Source of the DNA: Burkholderiales bacterium 70-64 | Lineage (GTDB): Bacteria > Pseudomonadota > Gammaproteobacteria > Burkholderiales > Burkholderiaceae_E | DNA: 32,000 nucleotides | Assembly: GCA_001898645.1 (NCBI GenBank) | Contig: MKUQ01000022.1 | Coordinates: 82,443-114,442, forward strand | Reading direction: 5' to 3' | Shown: one piece after another, positions 8,856-16,590 of the stretch | Layout: each line of letters starts with the position of its first letter | Position numbering within the stretch: position 1 is the stretch's first letter | Program-made: the position numbers and the translations under genes | The notes under the pieces: generated by a model | Seen by the model: the letters and a program-made list of their open reading frames with translations, nothing else | Databases searched by the model: none | What the model was told of the DNA's origin: nothing

Positions 8856-9893
8856 ATGACCGTAGTGTTCAAAGGCCGATCCGCACGCGTGCTGCTCGCG
8901 CTGCTCGGGCTGGCGCTGGCCGTGCTCGCCTGGGGCTGGTACAGCTTCCGCGTGGCACCGCTGACGTTCGCCGCTTCGCCGGTGCGCTACACCGTGGCCA
9001 AGGGCGCCAACGTGCGCACCATCGCCGCCGGTCTGCGCCAGCAGGGCATCGCCATCTCGCCGACGCGGCTGTGGCTGTGGTACCGGCTGCGCGGCTACGA
9101 CGGACGGCTCAAGGCCGGCACCTATGCGTTCGCCGCGCCCCTCACGGTCGACGAGCTGCTCGGCAAGCTGGTGCGCGGCGATGTCCTGATGACCGAGATC
9201 CGCTTCGTCGAAGGCTGGACCTTCCGCCAGATGCGCGAGGCGATCGACGCCAACCCCGATCTCGTCCACGACACGCGCGGCGTCGACGAGGCGGAGCTGC
9301 TGCGCCGCGTGGGCGCGAGCGTCGCCCGCAGCGTGGATGCGAGCGTCGACCGCGCCGAGGGGCTGTTCTTCCCCGACACCTACGCCTTCTCCCCCGGCGC
9401 GAGCGACCTGGAGATCTACCGCCAGGCCCATCGCCGGCTGCAGCAGGCGCTGCAGGCCGCCTGGGACGCCCGCACCGGGCAGCTGCCGTACCGCGATCCC
9501 TACGAGGCGCTGGTGATGGCCTCGATCGTCGAGAAGGAGACCGGGCACGTCGACGATCGCGGCAAGGTGGCGGCGGTGTTCGTGAACCGGCTGCGCCGCG
9601 GCATGCTCCTGCAGAGCGATCCCACCACGATCTACGGCCTGGGCGAGCGCTTCGACGGCAACCTGCGCAAGCGCGACCTCCAGGCCGATACGCCGTACAA
9701 CACCTACCTGCGCCCCGGCCTGCCGCCGACGCCGATCGCGCTGCCCGGCAAGGCGTCGATCGAGGCCGCGCTGCGTCCGGCCGACGTCTCGGCGCTGTAC
9801 TTCGTGTCGCGCGGCGACGGCACCAGCGAGTTCTCCGACGACCTGCCCAGCCACAACCGGGCGGTCTCGCGTTACCAGCGCGGCGGGCGATGA
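8856..9893 (+). CDS. mltG: endolytic murein transglycosylase MltG (YceG family)
   Basis: N-terminal TM segment, the ...FPDTY... and ASIVEKET motifs, and YNTYL..GLPPTPI. GAGG lies before the ATG at 8856. Confidence 0.9.
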   Translation: MTVVFKGRSARVLLALLGLALAVLAWGWYSFRVAPLTFAASPVRYTVAKGANVRTIAAGLRQQGIAISPTRLWLWYRLRGYDGRLKAGTYAFAAPLTVDELLGKLVRGDVLMTEIRFVEGWTFRQMREAIDANPDLVHDTRGVDEAELLRRVGASVARSVDASVDRAEGLFFPDTYAFSPGASDLEIYRQAHRRLQQALQAAWDARTGQLPYRDPYEALVMASIVEKETGHVDDRGKVAAVFVNRLRRGMLLQSDPTTIYGLGERFDGNLRKRDLQADTPYNTYLRPGLPPTPIALPGKASIEAALRPADVSALYFVSRGDGTSEFSDDLPSHNRAVSRYQRGGR

Positions 9894-10498
9894 AAGGGCG
9901 CTTCATCACGTTCGAAGGCATCGATGGGGCCGGCAAGAGCACCCATATCGGCTGGTACGTGGAGCGGCTGCGTGCGCTCGGCCGGGAGGTGGTGCACACG
10001 CGCGAGCCCGGCGGATCGGCGCTCGCCGAGTCGCTGCGCGAGCTGCTGCTGCAGCGCCCGATGCCGCTCGCCAGCGAGCTGCTGCTGGTGTTCGCGGCGC
10101 GCCAGGACCACCTCGAGCAGCGGATCCGGCCCGCGCTGGCGGCCGGCAAGTGGGTGGTCTGCGACCGCTTCACCGATTCCACCTACGCCTACCAGGGCGC
10201 CGGGCGAGGCGCGCCGCTCGAGCGCATCGCCTGGCTCGAGGCCTGGGTGCACGGCGACCTGCAGCCCGATCGCACCTACCTGTTCGACCTGGACCCGGCG
10301 CTCGCCGCGCAGCGGCGCGCGGCGCACGCCCCCGATCGCTTCGAGGCCGAGGACACGGCCTTCTTCGAGCGCGTGCGCCAGGGCTACCGCCGACGCGCTG
10401 CCGCCGACCCCGAGCGATTCCGCATCCTGGGAAGCGATCGCAGTCTCGAAATACTTCGTGAATTACTCGAAGAAGATATCGTATCAATCTGTAAATAA
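9890..10498 (+). CDS. tmk: thymidylate kinase
   Basis: MKGRFITFEGIDGAGKST P-loop and REPGGS. ATGA overlap with the mltG stop. Confidence 0.95.
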   Translation: MKGRFITFEGIDGAGKSTHIGWYVERLRALGREVVHTREPGGSALAESLRELLLQRPMPLASELLLVFAARQDHLEQRIRPALAAGKWVVCDRFTDSTYAYQGAGRGAPLERIAWLEAWVHGDLQPDRTYLFDLDPALAAQRRAAHAPDRFEAEDTAFFERVRQGYRRRAAADPERFRILGSDRSLEILRELLEEDIVSICK

Positions 10499-11538
10499 TG
10501 AATTTCGACTGGCTTACCCCGGCCTGGGAATCGGCCTTGGCGCAACGCCGGCGCCAGCATCACGCGCTGCTCCTCCACGGCCCGGCCGGCATCGGCAAGT
10601 CGGCCTTCGCACAGGCGCTGGCGCAGGCGTGGCTGTGCGAGGCGCCCCTGGCCGACGGCGCGGCCTGCGGGCGCTGTGTAGCCTGCGGCTGGTTCGCCCA
10701 AGGCAACCACCCCGACTTCCGGCTGCTCGCGCCGGCCGCCGCGGAAGAGGCGGAGGCGGCCGACGGCGCGGAAGCGGGCGGCCGGCAGCCGGGCAGGGCG
10801 GGTGCGAAGTCGGCCAAGCCCTCGCGCGACATCCGCATCGACCAGGTGCGTGCGCTCGAGCGCTTCGTCGGGGTGGGCGGGCACCGCGGCGGCTGCAAGG
10901 TGGTGCTGATCGACCCGGCCGACGCGCTCAACGCCGCGGCGGCCAATGCACTGCTCAAGACCCTGGAGGAGCCCAGCGGGGCCACGCGCTTCGTGCTCGT
11001 CACCGATCGGCCCGACGCCCTGCCGGCCACGGTGCGCTCGCGCTGCGCTTCGCTGGCCCTGCCGATGCCGCAGGCCGAGGCAGCGATCGCCTGGCTGGTC
11101 GCGGAGACCGGTGCCGACGAATCCAGCGCGCGCACCTGGCTGGCGGCCGCCGGCGGCGCGCCGCTGCGAGCGCGCCGATTCGCCGATCCCGCCGAATCGG
11201 CCACCCATCGGCTGATCATGGAGACGCTGGCCGGCCTCCCCGAGACTGGCGTGGTACAGGCGGCCGAGGCGTTGACGGGCATCGAGGCGGCGGTCTGGCT
11301 GGGCGTGCTGCAGTGCTGGGTCGCCGACCTGCAGCGAGTGCGCGCGGGCGCCGGGCCACGCTTCTTTCCGGAACGCGCCGGTCGGCTCGGTGCGCTGGCG
11401 CGCGCGAGCAGCCCGGCCGCACTGGACCGGCTGGCCATGCAGCTCAGCGCGCTGGCACGAGCGGTCGATCATCCGCTCAACCCGCGCCTGCTGATCGAGG
11501 ATGCGCTGCTGCGCGTGCGGGCCGCCTTGGCCGGCTGA
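10498..11538 (+). CDS. holB: DNA polymerase III subunit delta prime
   Basis: HALLLHGPAGIGK, C-x-x-C zinc module (CGRCVACGW), LLKTLEEP. The start overlaps the tmk stop (TAATG). Confidence 0.9.
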   Translation: MNFDWLTPAWESALAQRRRQHHALLLHGPAGIGKSAFAQALAQAWLCEAPLADGAACGRCVACGWFAQGNHPDFRLLAPAAAEEAEAADGAEAGGRQPGRAGAKSAKPSRDIRIDQVRALERFVGVGGHRGGCKVVLIDPADALNAAAANALLKTLEEPSGATRFVLVTDRPDALPATVRSRCASLALPMPQAEAAIAWLVAETGADESSARTWLAAAGGAPLRARRFADPAESATHRLIMETLAGLPETGVVQAAEALTGIEAAVWLGVLQCWVADLQRVRAGAGPRFFPERAGRLGALARASSPAALDRLAMQLSALARAVDHPLNPRLLIEDALLRVRAALAG

Positions 11539-11599
11539 ACGCCAGGAGCAGGACGACGGCACCCCGGAATCGACCGGGGCGTGGGGGAGAGACCGGACC

Positions 11600-12097
11600 A
11601 TGAGTACCAGCGCCAACGACGTCTTCGGCTCCCCGAGCGCGCCGGTGCTCGACCCCATGACCGCCCCGCAGACCGGCAGCGGACCCGCGACGGGCGGGAT
11701 CGGCCTGGCCCCGGCCACCGGCACGCTCGCTCCGGCGGGCGCGGCAGCGGCGCGCGGCGCCAAGCGCCCGGGGGTGGTGCAGCTCGCGATCCGCGAGAAG
11801 GCGGCGCTCTACGCGGCGTACATGCCGTTCATCGACGGCGGCGGGCTGTTCGTGCCGACCACCCGCGCGGCCCACATCGGCGACGAGCTGTACCTGATCC
11901 TTTCGCTGATGGACGAGCCCAGCAAGCTGCCGGTGACCGGCACCGTGGTGTGGCTCACGCCGGCCGGCACCCCCGGCCGCCAGCAGGGCCTGGGCATCCA
12001 GTTCACCAAGGACGAGGCCGGCACGCGTGCGCGCAGCCGCATCGAGGATCTCCTGGGCGGGGCCCTGAAGGCCAACCGGCCGACCCACACGATCTGA
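11600..12097 (+). CDS. pilZ: PilZ domain protein with a ~55-aa low-complexity N-terminal extension
   Basis: The C-terminal 110 aa (LAIREKAALYAAYMPFIDGGGLFVPT...GIQF) resembles type IV pilus PilZ. The position after holB is conserved. GGGGGAGAG RBS. Confidence 0.75.
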   Translation: MSTSANDVFGSPSAPVLDPMTAPQTGSGPATGGIGLAPATGTLAPAGAAAARGAKRPGVVQLAIREKAALYAAYMPFIDGGGLFVPTTRAAHIGDELYLILSLMDEPSKLPVTGTVVWLTPAGTPGRQQGLGIQFTKDEAGTRARSRIEDLLGGALKANRPTHTI

Positions 12098-12199
12098 TCC
12101 GGACGCCGCCGGGCGACGCGCCTGTCGGCCGGGACGCGCTCCCGGAGCAGGGCGGAGCGCCGGGGCGCCGCCGCGCACCCGCCGATACAATGTGCGGCG

Positions 12200-12994
12200 A
12201 TGCTCGTCGATTCCCACTGCCACCTCGATTTCCCGGAGCTCGCACCGCGCCTGGACGAGGTGCTCGCGCAGATGGCCGCCCACGACGTCGGCCATGCGCT
12301 GTGCGTGTGCGTGGCGCTCGACGACTTCGAGCGGGTGCTGGGCGTCGCGCAGCGCGACGCCCGCCTGAGCGCCTCGGTCGGCGTGCATCCCGACAGCCCG
12401 CGCACGCGCGAGCCGGACGTGGACACGCTCGTCGGTCTGGCCGCCCATCCGAAGGTGGTGGCGATCGGCGAGACCGGCCTCGACTACTACCGCACGCAAG
12501 GCGACACGGAATGGCAGCGCGAGCGCTTTCGCGTCCACATCCGGGCGGCCCGACGCTGCGGCAGGCCGCTCATCGTGCACACCCGGGCCGCCGCCGCCGA
12601 CACCATCCGGCTGATGCGCGAAGAGGACGCCGGAGCGGCCGGCGGCGTCATGCACTGCTTCACCGAGGACTGGGACACCGCCCGCGCCGCGCTGGACCTG
12701 GGCTTCCACATCTCGTTCTCCGGCATCGTGACGTTTCGCAGCGCCGCGGCGCTGCGCGAGGTGGCCGCGAAGGTGCCCGCGGATCGCCTGCTGGTCGAGA
12801 CCGACTCGCCCTACCTCGCCCCGGTCCCCCATCGCGGCAAGACCAACGAACCGGCCTACGTACGCTTCGTGGCTGCCTGCCTGGCGGAGCTGCGCGCGGT
12901 TTCACCGGCCTGCATCGCCGATATCACCACGGAGAATTTTTTCAATCTTTTCATGAATGAACGAAGAATTATGGATGTGAAACATGAGATTTGA
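12200..12994 (+). CDS. TatD family metal-dependent hydrolase (YcfH-like)
   Basis: MLVDSHCHLDF, GETGLDY, HCF..., ETDSPYL motifs. Confidence 0.9.
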   Translation: MLVDSHCHLDFPELAPRLDEVLAQMAAHDVGHALCVCVALDDFERVLGVAQRDARLSASVGVHPDSPRTREPDVDTLVGLAAHPKVVAIGETGLDYYRTQGDTEWQRERFRVHIRAARRCGRPLIVHTRAAAADTIRLMREEDAGAAGGVMHCFTEDWDTARAALDLGFHISFSGIVTFRSAAALREVAAKVPADRLLVETDSPYLAPVPHRGKTNEPAYVRFVAACLAELRAVSPACIADITTENFFNLFMNERRIMDVKHEI

Positions 12995-13790
12995 CCGGGT
13001 GCGCCGCCGGCTCTTCGGCGGGGCGCTGGCGCTGGTCCCGCCCCTGTGGGCCGGCGCGCAGGCCGCCCGCCCACCGGCCGCCGCGGCGCGATCCGGCCGC
13101 AGCGGCGAGGCCGGTCCCGAGTTCTGGGACGCCCTGCAGCGCGACGACGTCGATGCGGTGCAGACCTACCTGCTGCGTGGGGTCGACACCAACGTCCGTC
13201 ATCCCGAGCTCGGCCCGGCGATCGTGGTGGCGGCACGCGAAAGCGCCTGGAAGACGCTGGCGCTGCTGGCCGGCCTCACCGGCACGCGCGTCGATGCGAC
13301 CAATCGCCTGAACGAGACGGCGCTGATGCTCGCCGCCCTGCGCGGCAATCTCGCCGCCGTGAAGCTTCTGGCGAGCCGGGGCGCCGAGATCAATCGCCCG
13401 GGCTGGACGCCTCTGCACTATGCGGCCACCGGCGGCAACGTCGAGGTGATCCGCTTCCTGCTCGAGCACGACGCCTACATCGACGCCCAGTCGCCCAACC
13501 GGAGCACGCCGCTGATGATGGCCGCCCGCCAGAAGCACCCCGACGCGGTGCGCCTGCTGGTCCAGGCCGGCGCCGACCCGACGGCGCGCAACCAGAACGG
13601 CCTGGATGCCGCCGAGTACCTGCAGCGCGAGGGCGAGACCGAGCTCTCGGGCTGGCTGCGCGAGCGTGCCGCCGACTACAACCGGCGCTATGGCACGCTC
13701 GAGCGCCCGCGCACGGTCGAGATGATCGAGGAAGAGAAGCGCCGCGCCCGGCAGCCCAGGGAGCCGCGCCTGCCGGGCGTGCGCGACTAG
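12984..13790 (+). CDS. secreted ankyrin-repeat protein
   Basis: Signal-peptide-like N-terminus. At least 3 ANK repeats (NETALMLAALRGNLAAVKLLASRGAEIN, GWTPLHYAATGGNVEVIRFLLEHDA, RSTPLMMAARQKHPDAVRLLVQAGADP). Confidence 0.85.
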   Translation: MRFDRVRRRLFGGALALVPPLWAGAQAARPPAAAARSGRSGEAGPEFWDALQRDDVDAVQTYLLRGVDTNVRHPELGPAIVVAARESAWKTLALLAGLTGTRVDATNRLNETALMLAALRGNLAAVKLLASRGAEINRPGWTPLHYAATGGNVEVIRFLLEHDAYIDAQSPNRSTPLMMAARQKHPDAVRLLVQAGADPTARNQNGLDAAEYLQREGETELSGWLRERAADYNRRYGTLERPRTVEMIEEEKRRARQPREPRLPGVRD

Positions 13791-13869
13791 GGCGTATCAA
13801 CGCGCCCTGCCGGGGCGGACAGGCCCTCGAGCGCGGCCCCGGGGCCGGGGAGGGCTCGCGCGGCCGCGC

Positions 13870-14676
13870 TCAGAGCGCCGCATCGAGGACGAACATCAGC
13901 CCGAAGCCGACGAACAGCGCCGCAGTGGCGCTGTCGCCGAAGCCGCTGCGATGCGTCTCGGGAATCACCTCGTCGCTGATCACGAAGAGCATCGTGCCGC
14001 CGGCGAAGGCCAGCGCCCCGGGCAGCAGATGCTGCGAGATCTCCAGCAGGCCCGCGCCGGCCATGCCGCCGACCACTTCCACCAGGCCGGTGAGCGCGGC
14101 GATCCCGAGCGCATGCAGGCGGCCGTAGCCGAGGCCGGCCAGCGACATCGCCACCGCCAGCCCTTCGGGGAGATTCTGCAGCCCGATGCCCAGCGTCACG
14201 CCCAGGCCGATGGAGGCATCGCCGCTCGCCGCGCCGACACCGATCGACAGCCCCTCGGGGAAGTTGTGTACGGTGATCGCCAGCACGAACAGCCATACGC
14301 GCGTCAGCCGCTCGCGCCCGTGCTGGTATCCCTCCGGCCCCTTGGCGAAATGCTCGTGCGGCACCCACCGGTGAGCGGCCGCCATCAGCAGGCCGCCGGC
14401 GGCCATCGCCCCCACGACGCCCAGGGCCGCGGGCACGCGGCCGCCGAGCACCCCCTCGGCCAGCCGGAAGCTCGGCAGCAGCAGCGAGAAGACCGTGGCG
14501 GCCAGCATCACCCCGGCCGCGAAGGCCAGCATCGCATTGTTCACCCGCGGCGACAGGCCGTGCAGCACCAGCACCGGCAACGCGCCGATCGAGGTCGCCA
14601 GGAAGCCGCCGGTCAGGCTGGCGACGAAGGCCAGCAGCAGCGGCGAGGCTGCGGAGAACACGTCGCCGGCGGGCAT
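13870..14676 (-). CDS. ZIP family metal cation transporter (ZupT-like)
   Basis: 268 aa, multi-TM, with HNFPEGL and LQNLPEG motifs. Confidence 0.85.
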   Translation of the reverse strand: MPAGDVFSAASPLLLAFVASLTGGFLATSIGALPVLVLHGLSPRVNNAMLAFAAGVMLAATVFSLLLPSFRLAEGVLGGRVPAALGVVGAMAAGGLLMAAAHRWVPHEHFAKGPEGYQHGRERLTRVWLFVLAITVHNFPEGLSIGVGAASGDASIGLGVTLGIGLQNLPEGLAVAMSLAGLGYGRLHALGIAALTGLVEVVGGMAGAGLLEISQHLLPGALAFAGGTMLFVISDEVIPETHRSGFGDSATAALFVGFGLMFVLDAAL

Positions 14677-14833
14677 CGGGGGAGGTCGGCTTGCGCCCGG
14701 TGTCCCGGGCGATCCATTATTGGGTTTCGTTCGACGGGCGGTCCACGGCAGGGAGGTTATCAGGAAGCGCCCGATCCGCTAAGGTTTCGACATCTCCCGC
14801 GACCGACGGGACCCACCGCGCAAAGGAAACCCC

Positions 14834-15271
14834 ATGGACGCTCTCGAAAAGTACGCACCGCTGATCGGCCGCCTCGGGCTGGCGTGGCTCTTCGTGCCGG
14901 CCGGCCTCGGGAAGATCGCCGGCTTCTCCGGCACGGCCGGCTACATCGCTTCCAAGGGCCTGCCCATGCCCACGGTGCTGGCGGCGATCGCGCTGCTCGT
15001 CGAGCTGCTCGGCGGCCTGGCCATCCTGGTCGGGTTCAAGACCCGCTGGGCGGCCGCGGCGCTCGCGCTCTTCACGGTGGCGGCCGCGGTGTTCTTCCAC
15101 AACTACTGGGCTTTGCCGGCGGACCAGGCGATGATGCAACAGATCAATTTCAACAAGAACATCGGCATCGCCGGCGGGCTGCTGTTCCTCGTGGCCTGGG
15201 GGGCGGGCGCCTTCAGCCTGGACCAGCGCGGGGTCGATCCGACTCGACGGGCTCCCGGAATGTCGGCATGA
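14834..15271 (+). CDS. DoxX family membrane protein
   Basis: 145 aa, 4 TM. LLGRLGLAWLFVPAGLGKI... is typical of DoxX. AAGGAAA RBS. Confidence 0.85.
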   Translation: MDALEKYAPLIGRLGLAWLFVPAGLGKIAGFSGTAGYIASKGLPMPTVLAAIALLVELLGGLAILVGFKTRWAAAALALFTVAAAVFFHNYWALPADQAMMQQINFNKNIGIAGGLLFLVAWGAGAFSLDQRGVDPTRRAPGMSA

Positions 15272-15630
15272 AGACCCGGATCGAGGTCAAGCGGGTCTAT
15301 CAGCCCGCCGATCCGGCCGACGGCTTCCGGATCCTCGTCGACCGGCTGTGGCCGCGCGGCCTCGCCAAGGAGGCCGCCCACGTCGACCTGTGGCTGAAGG
15401 ACGTCTCGCCGTCGAACGAGCTGCGCCACCGCTTCCATCACGACCCCTCCCTCTGGGAAGAGTTCAAGGCGAGCTACTACGCCGAGCTGGCGCAGGATGC
15501 TGCCGCAGTCGAGCAGCTACGCGCCGTGCTGGCCAAGCACCACGTCGTCACGCTGCTGTTCGGCGCCAAGGAGGAACGCTTCAACAACGCGGTGGCCCTG
15601 CGCGAATTCCTCACCGAAAGAAAACATTAG
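15268..15630 (+). CDS. DUF488 family protein (short form)
   Basis: RILVDRLWPRGL.K......W.K...PS.ELR..FHHDP..W..F motif set. ATGA overlap with the doxX stop. Confidence 0.8.
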   Translation: MKTRIEVKRVYQPADPADGFRILVDRLWPRGLAKEAAHVDLWLKDVSPSNELRHRFHHDPSLWEEFKASYYAELAQDAAAVEQLRAVLAKHHVVTLLFGAKEERFNNAVALREFLTERKH

Positions 15631-15802
15631 AGATCACATGAAATTATCGTCTCAATTATTTGTTTCATAACGAATCTCATAGAGAAATTACCGAGCACCC
15701 GCGAAGGTTGGCCACAAGCCTTCCAGTACCGCGACGCTCCGTCGCAGGGCGGATTGGAATCTCATGTGAAACCTTCATTTCGTCCGCCAGTGGATTGTTT
15801 CA

Positions 15803-16057
15803 TCAGCGATCTGGCTCGCTGATGATCGAGCTGCCGCGCGGTGGTGCGCCATGGGGTATCCCCATTTCGCGCAAGCTGCGCACAGCAGCTTCATGCTGGA
15901 GCTGCAGGAGCTCGGGGACCCACCAGGGCATTTTTCGGCGGCCGGTCAGCCAGTCGCGCACGGTACGAGGATGGCGTCGCAGGCGCCGGGCGATGATTTC
16001 GATCGGCACGCCGTTGCAGTAGGCCGCAGCCTGCTCGGGGTTGCCGCAATTGCGCAT
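15803..16057 (-). CDS. small HTH protein, distant paralog of the two dif-proximal genes at 16144 and 23074
   Basis: 84 aa with strong GC3 coding signal. It shares the core A(R/K)xL(R/H)xxPRTVRxWL...P...LL with those genes. Its only usable ATG (16055-16057) is the CAT inside the GCGCATAA XerC arm of the dif site. No SD seen. Confidence 0.5.
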   Translation of the reverse strand: MRNCGNPEQAAAYCNGVPIEIIARRLRRHPRTVRDWLTGRRKMPWWVPELLQLQHEAAVRSLREMGIPHGAPPRGSSIISEPDR

Positions 16058-16076
16058 AATGTGTGTTATGTCAAAT
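16049..16076 (+). other. dif: dif-like XerC/XerD recombination site A: ATTGCGCATAA-TGTGTG-TTATGTCAAAT
   Basis: Matches E. coli dif GGTGCGCATAA-TGTATA-TTATGTTAAAT at 23/28 positions by eye (XerC arm 9/11, centre 4/6, XerD arm 10/11). Confidence 0.8.
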
Positions 16077-16103
16077 CAAGCGATCTCCAGAACCCTCAAC
16101 CGC

Positions 16104-16135
16104 GGCCGATGGTATCACCATCGGCCTTTCTTTTT
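16104..16135 (+). terminator. rho-independent terminator: 10-bp perfect stem GGCCGATGGT/ACCATCGGCC, 3-nt loop, TTTCTTTTT tail
   Basis: Read directly. It lies 28 nt after dif site A and ends 8 nt before the ATG at 16144. Confidence 0.7.
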
Positions 16136-16143
16136 GCCCGGGC

Positions 16144-16590
16144 ATGATCGGACCACCACGCAACGTCCAGATGCTCTTTCGACGCCTCATCGACAACGTA
16201 GGCGGCCCCAGAACCGCCGCCAAGATCCTGCACGTCACAGCCCGCACCGTAGGCCGATGGATCGCCGACCAAGCGCCGTACCAAGCCGCAGCGCTGCTAT
16301 GGTGGACAAGCCCAATCGGACGCGAGTCGATCGGCATTGACGACCGGAACCTGATCACCACCCTGCGCCGACTCACCGACTCGCTCGACGCCGAGCTTGC
16401 CACCGAGCGAGAACGATGCGCCAACCTCGAAGCAGCGCTCGACGCCGCCACCGGACGCATCGCAGCCAACGACGGGCACGCCTATGGGCGCGGAGCCATC
16501 AACATCGGTTCGACGTTGCCAAGAACAGGATCTCGCGCCGACGCGAGAACCATGCAACAAGCGGCAGCGCCGGATCGAGCAGCCCGTTAG
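16144..16590 (+). CDS. dif-proximal HTH protein, paralog 1 (MIGPPR... family)
   Basis: About 65 of 110 residues are identical to the 23074-23415 product in my ungapped hand alignment. HTH-like GGPRTAAKILHVTARTVGRWI followed by a coiled-coil-like tail. The frame is also open back to a GTG at 16063 inside the dif site. The C-terminal 38 aa overlap convergent rep and may be read-through. Confidence 0.6.
   Translation: MIGPPRNVQMLFRRLIDNVGGPRTAAKILHVTARTVGRWIADQAPYQAAALLWWTSPIGRESIGIDDRNLITTLRRLTDSLDAELATERERCANLEAALDAATGRIAANDGHAYGRGAINIGSTLPRTGSRADARTMQQAAAPDRAAR

Noticed and set aside
7359-9854. 831-aa minus-strand ORF
   Set aside because: Only the C-terminal 103 aa (DUF4936-like) are credible. 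The rest is antisense or out of frame to ygfZ and mltG, with Arg/Gly/Ala/Pro-biased composition.
14677-14833. Zur/Fur-type box upstream of the ZIP transporter
   Set aside because: No AT-rich palindrome resembling a Zur or Fur box is visible in the divergent intergenic region.
15620-15647. Possible third, highly degenerate dif-like site at the left edge of the island (…AACATTA GAGA TCACATGAAAT)
   Set aside because: Only about 7/11 matches in the putative XerD arm and about 5/11 in the XerC arm, in an AT-rich stretch where such similarity is expected by chance. This is not enough to call.
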